Of a stretch of DNA of 64,000 bases, positions 48,391-58,118 are shown piece after piece. The notes under the pieces were generated by a model. It had not been told where the DNA came from. It saw only the letters and a list, made by a program, of their open reading frames with translations, and did not search any database. The number at the start of each line of letters is the position of its first letter. Within the stretch, counting starts at the first letter, position 1. Source of the DNA: Polyangiaceae bacterium (GTDB lineage Bacteria > Myxococcota_A > Polyangia > Polyangiales > Polyangiaceae); NCBI GenBank assembly GCA_965222375.1, contig CBDCTZ010000016.1:1-64000 (forward strand), written 5' to 3'. Position numbers and translations under genes: made by a program.

Positions 48391-49233
48391 ATGAAGATCA
48401 CTTTCTTTCTGTTTTCACTCGTGTTCCTCGGTTGTGCCAAGGGCGAGCCCGTCCCCGGAGGGGGGGGCACAGCTGGCTTTGACGCCGGTTCGGATACCGG
48501 AGGTTCTGGCGGCTCGGACGCGGCTAGCGGAGGCACTGGAGGTATCGGCGCCACGGGCGGCTCCGACGCGGCCACGGGCGGCTCCGGGGGCAGCGGTGCT
48601 GGGCCCTGCACGCCGCCGGTGAGTGGCACTTGCGACACCTTTCCCCAATGCGGCTGCAACCCGGGGGAGCGCTGCGACGTCGTCAACACCACCGGCGAGA
48701 CGGGCTGTGTAGGAGACGGCACGGTGGAACCCTTCAAGGCATGCGCTGCGGGAACGCCGTGCAAAGCCGGAAGCGCTTGCGTGGGTAACGTCTGCAAGCC
48801 GTTCTGCAGCGTCAAGACCGACTGCAGCGGCGGCAATTGCATTCAGGTGCTGAGTGACCCCGGCGGACAGGGTACGCCAATCCCTGGCTTCATGGTGTGC
48901 ACCGCCGCCTGTTCCCTCGTGAACCCAGTGGCGATCTGCGGCACCCAGGCGGGTTGCTACCCGGACACCGAAACACCGACCGGGACCGACTGCGGCTCCG
49001 CAGGGGTTGGTACCGGCCCGGGCACCTGCACGGGCACGGGCGGTCAAGCCAATCCGACTTCCTGCGCGCCCGGCTTCGCGTGCGTCGCTGGCGCTCAGGC
49101 GGGCGCCTGGGATTGTCGCAAGTGGTGCCGAATCGGCTTCAGCACCGACTGCCCCGGCGGGGCGAGTTGTAGTGCTTTCGCGCCACCGAACTCGCTTTTC
49201 ATCGACGGAATCGAGCACGGGGTCTGCCCGTGA
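48391..49233 (+). CDS. Cys-rich lipoprotein with Gly-rich linker
   Basis: Lipobox FLGC, QCGC..GERC, CKPFC, CRKWC, GVCP. Confidence 0.8.
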   Translation: MKITFFLFSLVFLGCAKGEPVPGGGGTAGFDAGSDTGGSGGSDAASGGTGGIGATGGSDAATGGSGGSGAGPCTPPVSGTCDTFPQCGCNPGERCDVVNTTGETGCVGDGTVEPFKACAAGTPCKAGSACVGNVCKPFCSVKTDCSGGNCIQVLSDPGGQGTPIPGFMVCTAACSLVNPVAICGTQAGCYPDTETPTGTDCGSAGVGTGPGTCTGTGGQANPTSCAPGFACVAGAQAGAWDCRKWCRIGFSTDCPGGASCSAFAPPNSLFIDGIEHGVCP

Positions 49234-49739
49234 CCTCCCTACCGGCAACCGTGGAGCCGAGTGAGCTCCGCGCTATCGGGCTGTTTGGCGCCCTCAGTGA
49301 CGAAATCCTCGCCCACCTGTCAGCGACGCTGAAGGTCGACACGCCGGACGCCGGCTTCACGGTATTTCGCGAGGGGGAAAGCGCTCGCAACATGTACGTG
49401 CTGATCAACGGCGAAATGGAAGTGCTGAAGAAGAGCCAGGGCGGCATCGATGCCCGGGTTGCGCTTCTGGGTCCCGGGGACTGGTTCGGAGAAATGAGCA
49501 TTCTTGATGTGCAGCCGCGCTCCGCGACGATTCGAGCCCTCGCACCGTCCCGGCTGCTGTGCATTACGTCGGCGGATCTCGATGCTCTCTATCGTTACGA
49601 CTTGAAGTCCTACGCGATCATCGTGCTGAACCTGGCCCGCGAACTCAGCCGTAGATTGCGAGTCGCCGACGGAATTCTGGCCGACTTCATCGCCAACGTG
49701 CTGGATAGCTACGTGGCGCGTCGCCGCACGACTCCCTGA
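49230..49739 (+). CDS. Stand-alone cyclic-nucleotide-binding domain protein
   Basis: VFREGE..MYVL..G, LGPGDWFGEMSIL..PRSATIRA; no HTH; start overlaps upstream stop. Confidence 0.9.
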   Translation: MTSLPATVEPSELRAIGLFGALSDEILAHLSATLKVDTPDAGFTVFREGESARNMYVLINGEMEVLKKSQGGIDARVALLGPGDWFGEMSILDVQPRSATIRALAPSRLLCITSADLDALYRYDLKSYAIIVLNLARELSRRLRVADGILADFIANVLDSYVARRRTTP

Positions 49740-49742
49740 GCT

Positions 49743-50114
49743 TCAATCGCTTCCGACCAGGGCGTCGCTTTCGGCGTCGCCGGCGTCTGGATCGCCGCCG
49801 TCACCACCATCTGTCTCGGCGTCGCCAGCGTCGTCATCCGCGTCGCTATCAGATCCGCCATCGAGGTGGGGCGGCACCCCACCCGCGCCTGCTGCGCCTG
49901 CGGAGCCGCCAGTGCCGCCAGTGCCGCCGAAGCCGCCGCTGCCCGAAGCGTCTAGACCCAGACCGGCTCCAGAGCCGCCCGTGGCAGCGCCGGCGATACC
50001 ACCACCTCCACCCGAATTGTCAGAGGGAACCTCGGGCTGAGGATTGAGAACGCACGAACCCAACAACACAAACGCAACGGCGACTGCTGCCACTAAACTC
50101 TTTCGCCGTTTCAC
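49743..50114 (-). CDS. Small Gly/Asp-rich lipoprotein with LNPQPEVPS motif
   Basis: LGSC-VLNPQPEVPS, Gly-rich then acidic tail. Confidence 0.75.
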   Translation of the reverse strand: MKRRKSLVAAVAVAFVLLGSCVLNPQPEVPSDNSGGGGGIAGAATGGSGAGLGLDASGSGGFGGTGGTGGSAGAAGAGGVPPHLDGGSDSDADDDAGDAETDGGDGGDPDAGDAESDALVGSD

Positions 50115-50223
50115 TTCGCCCCCTCCGCAGACTCGGGTCCGCTAGCAGCGCAATTTACCCAGACCATCAGGGCATTACCGCCCTGGCACAGCGTGGCACA
50201 AGCGCCCGATCTCAGCGTCCTGC

Positions 50224-50598
50224 TCAATCCGTACTCGCTTCCAATGGGTTTCCGTCGAGTTCGGCGTCTTCCCCCGCGTCCTGCCCGGCTTCGATGTCGG
50301 CGTCCCCCGCTTCGCCTGCCTCGGCGTCACCGCCATCATCTGGCACGGCACCATCCTGGAAGGTCGTGCCACCCGAACCGATGCTCCCCGCCGCACCACC
50401 AAAGCCCGCACCGCCGGAAAAACCACCCGATCCCTGGGCGCCAGAACCGCCGAAAGCACCGGAGCCACCAGCCGCGGTGCCACCAAAGCCGGCGCCACCA
50501 CCCGTATCTCCACTGGGGACTTCGGGCTGCGGATTGAGGTCGCAGGCCGCCGCGGCCAGCGTGATCCCAAGCACCACCCATGCAAGTCGTCGCAACAC
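50224..50598 (-). CDS. Small Gly/Asp-rich lipoprotein with LNPQPEVPS motif (paralogue)
   Basis: AAAC-DLNPQPEVPS, Gly-rich then acidic tail; start uncertain. Confidence 0.75.
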   Translation of the reverse strand: MLRRLAWVVLGITLAAAACDLNPQPEVPSGDTGGGAGFGGTAAGGSGAFGGSGAQGSGGFSGGAGFGGAAGSIGSGGTTFQDGAVPDDGGDAEAGEAGDADIEAGQDAGEDAELDGNPLEASTD

Positions 50599-50654
50599 GA
50601 TGGAACTTCTTATAAGCAAGGACCTTACCAAACTATTCGAAGGTTAGAATATCG

Positions 50655-51488
50655 TCAGCTCCTCGAGCCCGGCTTGGCACGTCGGGCTGCAGCAAGAAGC
50701 TCAACGGCCCCGGAAATATCGGGTGGCTGCCGACTCAACCCCTCGGCCAAGCGTCCAAACTGCCCACCCAGAACTGCAGCATGCTCCGCGATGAAGTCGG
50801 CGTTGCTGGTGAACACATCTGCCCACATGTCCGCTCCGCCCCCGGCACCACGAGTCATACGCTCGAAGGCGGGCCCGGCGAATTGCGCGGCGTTCGTATC
50901 CCCGGCGCTGCGAACCATGGCGCTCGCCAAGAGCTGGGGCAGATGGCTGACAAGGGCTACTGCGCGGTCGTGTTCCTCCGCGGAGGTCTCGCGCGGTTCC
51001 GCACCGAGCCCCTCGATCAGCTCTCGGACCTTCGCGACGGACTCGGACGCCGCGCCATCGGGACAGATGAACCAAAGGGCACCCGTGAACAGATCCGCGC
51101 GGGCGTTTTCGATGCCACCCCGGGGCGCACCGGTCATGGGATGACCGGGAACGAAGTTGCGAGCGTTGGCGTGGCTAGCGGCCGCAGCGGCGATACGGCG
51201 CTTGGTGGAGCCAACGTCGGTGACGACTCTGCCAACGCCCAGAGTTGGCCCCGCCATCCGAATGATCGCGCCAACGGGTACCGCAAGAACGATGAGGTCG
51301 CACTCAGGCAGTCCTCCTAGAGGATCTCGTTGTTCAGACATAGACACGAAGGTGTCGAGCAAGCCGTCAGGCCTAGGGCCCGCGCTGGCATCCGCGCCGA
51401 GAATCTCGCACCCGGGCCAGCGGTGTCGAACGCCCAGGGCGATGGACCCGCCGATCAGGCCAAGACCGACGATCCCAATGCGTTTCAT
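50655..51488 (-). CDS. tyrA: Prephenate/arogenate dehydrogenase (no ACT domain)
   Basis: GIVGLGLIGGS, TDVGSTK, GHPMTG, HDRAVALVSHLPQ, MW. Confidence 0.9.
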   Translation of the reverse strand: MKRIGIVGLGLIGGSIALGVRHRWPGCEILGADASAGPRPDGLLDTFVSMSEQRDPLGGLPECDLIVLAVPVGAIIRMAGPTLGVGRVVTDVGSTKRRIAAAAASHANARNFVPGHPMTGAPRGGIENARADLFTGALWFICPDGAASESVAKVRELIEGLGAEPRETSAEEHDRAVALVSHLPQLLASAMVRSAGDTNAAQFAGPAFERMTRGAGGGADMWADVFTSNADFIAEHAAVLGGQFGRLAEGLSRQPPDISGAVELLAAARRAKPGSRS

Positions 51489-52357
51489 CGACGCACAGCG
51501 GCGCCGATGGCCCGAACGCGCTCGGCGACTTCGACGACTTCGTTCCAACTCAAAGTCGCTGGGACCTTGGGAATCGCGCCCTCCCGGCCAACCCAGGCAC
51601 GAAGAATCACGCCGTCCGCCCCAGCTCCAACGGCCGCGCAGGCCACGGCGGCGCAGTAGCGCGCGCGCTGAGCAATGGTCGGTACGTCGACGACGATGGG
51701 AAGGTGCGTGCGGATCTTCGCTCGCGCGATGGCAGCGACTTCCAACGTGCGCGCTCCATTCGGATACTCGCCGCCGGCTTCGAGCAGAACGACGCTGCGC
51801 TCCCGCCGTTCCAACTCGCGCTCCGCCGCGCCGATCCACGAATTCGCGCCCCAGCTTGGAGCGCGCTCCACGAAAGCGATGGGCTTCTCCCGCTCCCGCG
51901 CGTTGGGGTGTAGCTGCAAGCAGGTCAGGGCGCCCACGCTCTCGGGCCCCGTTCGGTTGCGCGAGATTGCCGCGTCAAAGGGTCGGCCCGCGGCCACTTC
52001 GTAGGGCAGCTCCGCGCTGGGCGGGCCATTGTCCGAACTCGTCGACAGACCAATGGGTTCCAGAGCCACCCAGGGGCGCTCGCCTCCGATGCTGCCCCAG
52101 GAGCCCTCCACCACCGTGGAGGCTTGCCGAAAGCGGCGCGAGGAGAGCTTGTAAGGTTCGCTGACGCGCACCACCTCGGCGACGAAATCCAGCTCGCGCA
52201 CGACCGCAACATCAGCAGGCGTGACGTCGCCCACGACGCCCAGAAGCGTTCGCGTCTGCCCGCTGGAACGATGCACATCGAATCCGGTATCGACCAGATG
52301 GGCGATAACCGCTTCGACCGCCGAATCCGGGGCTTCCGTTTCCATTACTACGACCAT
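51485..52357 (-). CDS. Type I-beta DAHP-synthase-like protein, catalytic residues absent
   Basis: N-terminal ACT-like domain (H.S.G..RT..GVVGD, PYKLSSR); THLPIVVD, AAVGAGADG retained; GPC, KPRTS, DPSH, EVH missing. Confidence 0.75.
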   Translation of the reverse strand: MVVVMETEAPDSAVEAVIAHLVDTGFDVHRSSGQTRTLLGVVGDVTPADVAVVRELDFVAEVVRVSEPYKLSSRRFRQASTVVEGSWGSIGGERPWVALEPIGLSTSSDNGPPSAELPYEVAAGRPFDAAISRNRTGPESVGALTCLQLHPNAREREKPIAFVERAPSWGANSWIGAAERELERRERSVVLLEAGGEYPNGARTLEVAAIARAKIRTHLPIVVDVPTIAQRARYCAAVACAAVGAGADGVILRAWVGREGAIPKVPATLSWNEVVEVAERVRAIGAAVRR

Positions 52358-52446
52358 GGCCCCAGTCAGCGTATCAGAACGGGTGCGTCGCGGAGCGCGG
52401 AAAGGTAAGGTCCAGTTCCCGAACCTGAAGAGGTGCACAGGGCGGC

Positions 52447-54123
52447 ATGCTGAGCCAACCCGACGAATTAATCGGAACACTTGTTGCGGAGCGCTACCGG
52501 ATCAAAGAGCGGCTGGGGCGAGGCGGCATGGGAACGGTGTTCCTGGCTGAACACGAGGCCATTCACAAGAAGGTCGCCCTCAAGGTTCTGCATCCGGAGT
52601 ACTCCGCCAAGCCCGATCTGGTAGAGCGCTTCCAACGCGAAGCCATCAGCGCTTCGCGGGTCAAGCACATCAACGTTCTCGAGGTCTTCGATTTCGGCGA
52701 GCTGCCCAACGGCTGCTTCTACCTGGCCATGGAGTTCTTGGAGGGCCATGACCTGGCCGACGAGTTGGAGCGCCGCAAGGCCCTTCCGGCGGACCGGGTT
52801 CTTATCATCGCGAAACAAATCTGTCGCGCCCTGGCAGCAGCGCATAGCCGTGGCGTGGTGCATCGTGACCTCAAACCCGAGAACGTTTTCCTTTCGCGCA
52901 CGGCGGACGGCGAAGAGGTCGTCAAGATCGTCGACTTCGGGATCGCCCAACTCCGCGCCCCGGACGAGGCCGCCAAGTCCGAGCCCACTCGACGCAGACT
53001 AACCCGCACCGGGATGATCTTCGGAACGCCGGAGTATATGTCACCGGAGCAGGCCCAGGGCGCGCGCTCGGATCACCGCGTGGACGTGTACGCGACAGGC
53101 GTCATCTTGTTCGAAATGCTGACTGGAGCCGTGCCCTTCACGGCCGAGACGTTCTTAGGCGTGTTGCAGGCGCACCTGAACAAACCGCTGCTGCCGATGA
53201 AGCACTTCTACCCAGAGGTGCAGGTGTCCGAGGAGTTGGAAGCGGTCATTGCTCACGCCCTGGAAAAGGACGCTGACAAGCGCTTCGCGCGCATGAATGA
53301 CCTCGCCGCGGCCCTCGTAGACACGGCGGAAGGGCGCAACCTGCGGGCCTCCGTGTTGCCACCCGCGGGGCCAGCCCTGGATCGGGTTTCCAGCGTACCC
53401 ACGGCATCCCATCCGGGGCAGCCCACCAGCGTCCAATTCGACGACACCAATCCAGAAGCTGAGGCCGAACCCGCAACCCGAGCAAACGCCGACACGGTGG
53501 CGGAAGCGGCACTGCCGCTGACCCACGCCAAAGAAAAGCCCGCGGCCGCCGTGACCGCCCTGGGCAGCACCACACCCAGCCCGACGGACGACCCTGCACC
53601 GCCACCGCGGCGCTCGGTAGGCATCTGGTTGGCGCGTGGTGGTTTCGTCGTTGCGTGCTTGGCGGCCCTCGGATGGTACGTGCGCAGCACTTCGCTGCGG
53701 GCCCCGCCGAAGCCGCCGGTGGATCCCGAAGACAAATCTGTGACAACAGCCACGGCACCCCAGGTGCCATCCAGCCCACCATCTGTCGAACCCACCACCT
53801 CCGCGGCACCGGCGATCCCACACGGCAAGGTAAGCCTGACTGTCGAGAGCAACCCAAAGGGTGCGACGCTCTTCATGAACGGCGCCCAAGTCTGCGACAG
53901 CACGCCCTGCAAGGTGCTCGTGAAGCGCGACGAAGTGGTGGAGCTGATGGCGGAGCACGGGGGCCGCAAGGCAAAGCGAAAGGTCATGGCTCAGAAGGAC
54001 CAGACCGTGAAGCTCGAGCTGAAGAAAAAGGTCATTCGGGGCCCAGCCCCCAAGAAGATGTGCACGGCCGAGGTGATGCGGGACGGAATCAAGGTCTTCG
54101 TCGACGTGCCCTGCAAACCTTGA
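52447..54123 (+). CDS. Membrane Ser/Thr protein kinase with C-terminal PEGA-like domain
   Basis: LGRGGMGTV, VALK, HRDLKPEN, DFG, GTPEYMSPEQ; TM; VESNPKGA..TPC. Confidence 0.95.
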   Translation: MLSQPDELIGTLVAERYRIKERLGRGGMGTVFLAEHEAIHKKVALKVLHPEYSAKPDLVERFQREAISASRVKHINVLEVFDFGELPNGCFYLAMEFLEGHDLADELERRKALPADRVLIIAKQICRALAAAHSRGVVHRDLKPENVFLSRTADGEEVVKIVDFGIAQLRAPDEAAKSEPTRRRLTRTGMIFGTPEYMSPEQAQGARSDHRVDVYATGVILFEMLTGAVPFTAETFLGVLQAHLNKPLLPMKHFYPEVQVSEELEAVIAHALEKDADKRFARMNDLAAALVDTAEGRNLRASVLPPAGPALDRVSSVPTASHPGQPTSVQFDDTNPEAEAEPATRANADTVAEAALPLTHAKEKPAAAVTALGSTTPSPTDDPAPPPRRSVGIWLARGGFVVACLAALGWYVRSTSLRAPPKPPVDPEDKSVTTATAPQVPSSPPSVEPTTSAAPAIPHGKVSLTVESNPKGATLFMNGAQVCDSTPCKVLVKRDEVVELMAEHGGRKAKRKVMAQKDQTVKLELKKKVIRGPAPKKMCTAEVMRDGIKVFVDVPCKP

Positions 54124-54207
54124 TCGCACCGGCGGTGACGGGTCGGTCACCCACGACCGGGTTCTATCTGGAATTGCTCGCGTGAACAGACAAATCGACA
54201 ATTCGTA

Positions 54208-54236
54208 TTCGACCATTTACCGGCCCCGGTTCGTTT
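54208..54236 (+). promoter_or_regulatory. Candidate ECF promoter copy 1 (TTCGACCA-N13-GTTCGTTT)
   Basis: Same boxes and spacing as at 55632-55660. Confidence 0.65.
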
Positions 54237-54275
54237 CGAAGGGGGCGGGTGCCTCTTTCCGGCCAACCGCTGTTC

Positions 54276-54851
54276 ATGACACTCTCGATTTCAATGCCCG
54301 TGAAACCCAGCGACCACGACTGGCTCGCCGAGTTTCATGAGGGAAGTCGACAGGTACTGGGGGAGTTCTACCGCGAGCACTTTCGAACCGTCGACCAAGC
54401 GGTGGGCCGACACCTGACCGGTCCGGACCGGGAAACGGTCGTTCACGAGGTTTTTTGTCGCCTGATCTCGATGCCCGAGCTCCGCCGGGCGTTTCGGGGA
54501 GGATCTGCGGCGGCGTGGATCGCAACAGTCGCCAAGAACCAAGCCATCGACTTTCGTCGCCGGCAGCGCCGAGAAGTCGTCAGCGACGAACCCGAGCGCA
54601 TTGTCGAAACCACCGGTGCCGAGTTCGCCGAACCCGAAATCGTTGATGCCGAAGCCCGGTTGTTGATGGAGCGTTTTTGCCGCGATGTGCTGCCCGACAA
54701 GTGGCGCCCCGTTTTCCAAACCTGCTTTGTTGAAGGCATGACGCAGCGAAGTGCAGCGACAAAGCTGGGACTCTCGCGCACGACGCTGCTGTATCAGCAG
54801 CATCGCGTGCGTGCCCTGCTCAGGAAGTTCTTGCTGGAGACCGACTCATGA
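54276..54851 (+). CDS. ECF RNA polymerase sigma factor
   Basis: Region 2 (ETVVHEVF...AWIATVAKNQAIDFRRR) and region 4 HTH (EGMTQRSAATKLGLSRTT); start could be 54294. Confidence 0.9.
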   Translation: MTLSISMPVKPSDHDWLAEFHEGSRQVLGEFYREHFRTVDQAVGRHLTGPDRETVVHEVFCRLISMPELRRAFRGGSAAAWIATVAKNQAIDFRRRQRREVVSDEPERIVETTGAEFAEPEIVDAEARLLMERFCRDVLPDKWRPVFQTCFVEGMTQRSAATKLGLSRTTLLYQQHRVRALLRKFLLETDS

Positions 54852-55606
54852 CGGACAGCGCCACCGACTGCTCGATGCAGGAGTTCGTCGACCGCCACTT
54901 CGCGGGTAAATTGCCGCCGATGGAGGAGCGAAGGCTGCGCACGCATTTGCCAGGATGCGTGCTGTGTGATCGCCGCTACCGGCGCCAGCTCTTGTGGGCG
55001 AGATTCGACAGACGAGCGCTTTCGCGACAAGAGCGGCTGGCCCGCGGTCTCGGCCTCGCCGGAAAGATCACGGGCGCCCGCTGGTCGTCACCTCGCGTAT
55101 TGGCACCCGCCTTGGCCGTCATCGGCGCACTGTTGTTGGTCATGGCCTTGCCGAATCTCGGCTCCCCGGCGTTTCAGGCTCGCGGAACCTCAGGGCCTGC
55201 CGCCACTGAAGTCTGGGCTTACCGCATCACGGCCGAAGGCTCCGCGCCGCTCGGTGATTCGATGGGCCAATACGACGAGTTGGCCTTCGCGTACTTCGTC
55301 CCAGCCGAGGCCGAGGCTACCAAGTACTTGTTGGTTTTCGCGGTCGACGAGCACCGGCGCGTCTACTGGTACCACCCGGCTTGGACCGATCCCGACGGCT
55401 CTCCACAGGCGATCCCAGTAGCGGCGGGGCGCCACGAGCTCCCTGAGGCGGTCGCCCACCAGTTCCGTGGCCGGGATCTGACGCTCTACGCGGTGTTTGT
55501 GGCTTCCCCGGTGAGCGTGTGGGAGGTCGAAAAGGCAATAAGTTCCGGGAGTGCCGAGTTCACCGGACAAGTGCAGTGGCAACGACGGGTGCGGGTCAAT
55601 CGGTGA
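54848..55606 (+). CDS. Zinc-binding anti-sigma factor (HxxxCxxC), TM, extracytoplasmic DUF4384-like domain
   Basis: HLPGCVLC; one TM; FQARG; YLLVFAVD...VYWYHP; ATGA overlap with sigma. Confidence 0.8.
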   Translation: MTDSATDCSMQEFVDRHFAGKLPPMEERRLRTHLPGCVLCDRRYRRQLLWARFDRRALSRQERLARGLGLAGKITGARWSSPRVLAPALAVIGALLLVMALPNLGSPAFQARGTSGPAATEVWAYRITAEGSAPLGDSMGQYDELAFAYFVPAEAEATKYLLVFAVDEHRRVYWYHPAWTDPDGSPQAIPVAAGRHELPEAVAHQFRGRDLTLYAVFVASPVSVWEVEKAISSGSAEFTGQVQWQRRVRVNR

Positions 55607-55631
55607 AAGCGAGATTCGTCACGAGATCGGG

Positions 55632-55660
55632 TTCGACCAAAAGCCCCCGGTCGTTCGTTT
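55632..55660 (+). promoter_or_regulatory. Candidate ECF promoter copy 2 (TTCGACCA-N13-GTTCGTTT)
   Basis: Identical boxes and 13-nt spacer to copy 1. Confidence 0.65.
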
Positions 55661-55727
55661 GCATTCTCGGTCCCTAGCGACATCCTTCCCGCGCGCCGAT
55701 CGTCGGCGATGGGCCCCCAAGGCAAAG

Positions 55728-58118
55728 ATGAAGACTTCTATCTCGCTGACTTTATTAAACTTTTCCGCGGTCCTCACCGGATGCTTCGGTGAATCCGAGC
55801 TGGCTGGCCTGCCGTGCCCGTGCGCCGACGGCTGGACCTGTTGCGAAACCCAGGGCGTCTGTGTTCGCGACCCAGCTCAGTGCCCGGCGGGCGACCCAGA
55901 CGCCGGCACCCCGACAACAAGCGTGACGGTTGAGCCGACGTCGGCACGCCTACGGCTGGGTGGCACCCAATCCTTCACCGCCAACGTGGCGGTTACCTGG
56001 AGCGTCGAGGAGCCAAACGGCGGCGCGATTGACAGCAGTGGGCGTTATCGCGCGCCGCTAGTGCCCGGCGTCTACCACGTACGTGCGACCCCAGCGGAGG
56101 GGGAGGCCCAACTCGTTCTGGTTACCGTCGGACCACAAGACCTCGTCGTCGCGGCGGGGCAGCCTGGGGGTGCGGGACACGCCGACGGGTTCGGCGGTGA
56201 TGTCCGCTTTCGAGCCCCGAAGAGTCTCGTTGGAGATGACAAGTTCCTGTACGTGAACGACACCTACTCGCTCAGACGCATCGAGCTCGAAACGGGCGAA
56301 GTCTCTACGCTGGTCCGCGACCTCAAGGCTGGACATATCGCCGTGAGCGGTGGGCACCTTTACGTGTCGAACGTTGCCGGAACCTTGGTCAAGCGTGTCG
56401 ATAACGCCGCTGGCACGGTGGCTGATTTTGCCGGCGATGAAAAGTTCATCAATCCTTGGGATGACTGGAAGGACGGCATCGGCAGCGGGGCGGGCTTCTT
56501 CACCGTCAGCGGGATGGTCGGCAACGCCGACTACATCTACGTCAGCGATGCCAGCCTGCTGCGGCGCATCGACACACAGACCGGCGCCGTCGAAACCCTC
56601 GCCGTGAGTGAGTTTTGGAAAGACCACGGCCCGGTTGCTGTCAATTTCCCAGGCGCAAAAACCGGCCCCTGGAAGAACCTTGGACCGATCGCGATGCGCG
56701 ACGGACAGGTCTACGCCGTCGAAACCTACGCCGTGGGTACGGGCACGCCCAGTATCTGGAAGATCGATCCAGCAGCCGTGTCTTTCGAACAAGCGCTATC
56801 GTCCACCGTTCCTTTCGGACCCAACACAACACCGCTGCCCGCCGGCGGCGGCACCTTCGCTAGCCTGGCCTTCGACGAGCAGGGCACACCGCTCGTGGTC
56901 GATGGCCACGCCTTGGTGCGCCCCGTCATTGTCAACGGTAAGGTCGTGGTCTACCCGACGGTGGGCAAGGTTGATGAATACGGTGATGCCGACGGCCTTG
57001 GCTCCGTCGCGCGGCTTTCGACGCCGCAAGGCATCTGGAGTCCCGTTGGCGTTGGGCCAAGGGACTTGTTCGTCGCCGACACCACGAACAACAAGGTGCG
57101 TCGAGTGCAGATGACGGAGGCTGGGCCGCTTGGCAAGCAAGCATGGGTGGCGTCTACACTGGCTGGCGAATCCGACCACCGCGGTTCCGTCGACGGGGTC
57201 GGCAGCAAGGCACGTCTGGTGTCCCCGCATCGTCTGACCGTTGACGACAGCGGCGTGACCTTCGTCGCCGAGTTGTCATCGAACCAGTCGGCCTACGTGG
57301 ACCAGATCCGACGAATCGATCCCAGCGGCGCTGTCAGCGTGTTGACCGCGTTACCAAGCGAATTCTCTTATGTTCTAGGGATGGCTGCAGCCGGGGGTGC
57401 ACTGTTCGCTACGGCTACCTCTGGGAAGGCGCCGTACGACTTGTTGCGCTACGACTTGAGCGGCAGCAAGTGGACCACTCTCAACTGCGGCGCTCCAGGG
57501 ACTCGCCACTACACGGGCCTCGTCTACGACGGTGAGAACTACCTTTATGCAGTGGACTCGGTTCTGGGCACCGTTGAACAGATCGAGCTCACCGTCGCGT
57601 TGACCGCGTGCACTAACGGAAAGCAGGCAGCCACTAGCACCACGGTGCTGTCGGGTCTGACGCCGGCTACGTCGCTGGCCAAGACGTCGGCAGCAATCTT
57701 CAAAGCGTTTCGCGAACTGGCCGTGGACGCAGATCGCGGCGTGCTGTTCGTCAGCGACGACGACACCCTGAAAAGACTCGACCTAGGCAGTGGCCAGCTC
57801 GAAACGCTACCCGCGCCGCCGAACGGTTGGGGGCCCATCGAAGGACTGGCCTTCGACCCAGCTGGCGTGCTGTACGTGTTGCGAGCAGGTGACTGGCAAA
57901 AGCCAATCGGAGTCGAGCAGGGCGGTTCCCATCAGATCGTGGCGTTGGTCGTGGAAACGGGACAGACCTATGAAGTCGTGGGAGCGCCGGACCACGAAGG
58001 GGTGAAGCTCGGAGCACTGCCCGGCGGGGTGAACAATCCATCCGCCATCGCTCTGGGTCCGGGTGGCGAGCTCGTGATCGCCGATGAAGACGAGCACGTG
58101 GTGCTGACTGCAAGATGA
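55728..58118 (+). CDS. Lipoprotein with Ig-like domain and NHL-repeat beta-propeller
   Basis: Lipobox LTGC, CPCADGWTCC, VTWSV..GAIDSSGRY.AP, repeated G..DG.G..ARF/L..P motifs, FVADTTNNKVRRV. Confidence 0.85.
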   Translation: MKTSISLTLLNFSAVLTGCFGESELAGLPCPCADGWTCCETQGVCVRDPAQCPAGDPDAGTPTTSVTVEPTSARLRLGGTQSFTANVAVTWSVEEPNGGAIDSSGRYRAPLVPGVYHVRATPAEGEAQLVLVTVGPQDLVVAAGQPGGAGHADGFGGDVRFRAPKSLVGDDKFLYVNDTYSLRRIELETGEVSTLVRDLKAGHIAVSGGHLYVSNVAGTLVKRVDNAAGTVADFAGDEKFINPWDDWKDGIGSGAGFFTVSGMVGNADYIYVSDASLLRRIDTQTGAVETLAVSEFWKDHGPVAVNFPGAKTGPWKNLGPIAMRDGQVYAVETYAVGTGTPSIWKIDPAAVSFEQALSSTVPFGPNTTPLPAGGGTFASLAFDEQGTPLVVDGHALVRPVIVNGKVVVYPTVGKVDEYGDADGLGSVARLSTPQGIWSPVGVGPRDLFVADTTNNKVRRVQMTEAGPLGKQAWVASTLAGESDHRGSVDGVGSKARLVSPHRLTVDDSGVTFVAELSSNQSAYVDQIRRIDPSGAVSVLTALPSEFSYVLGMAAAGGALFATATSGKAPYDLLRYDLSGSKWTTLNCGAPGTRHYTGLVYDGENYLYAVDSVLGTVEQIELTVALTACTNGKQAATSTTVLSGLTPATSLAKTSAAIFKAFRELAVDADRGVLFVSDDDTLKRLDLGSGQLETLPAPPNGWGPIEGLAFDPAGVLYVLRAGDWQKPIGVEQGGSHQIVALVVETGQTYEVVGAPDHEGVKLGALPGGVNNPSAIALGPGGELVIADEDEHVVLTAR

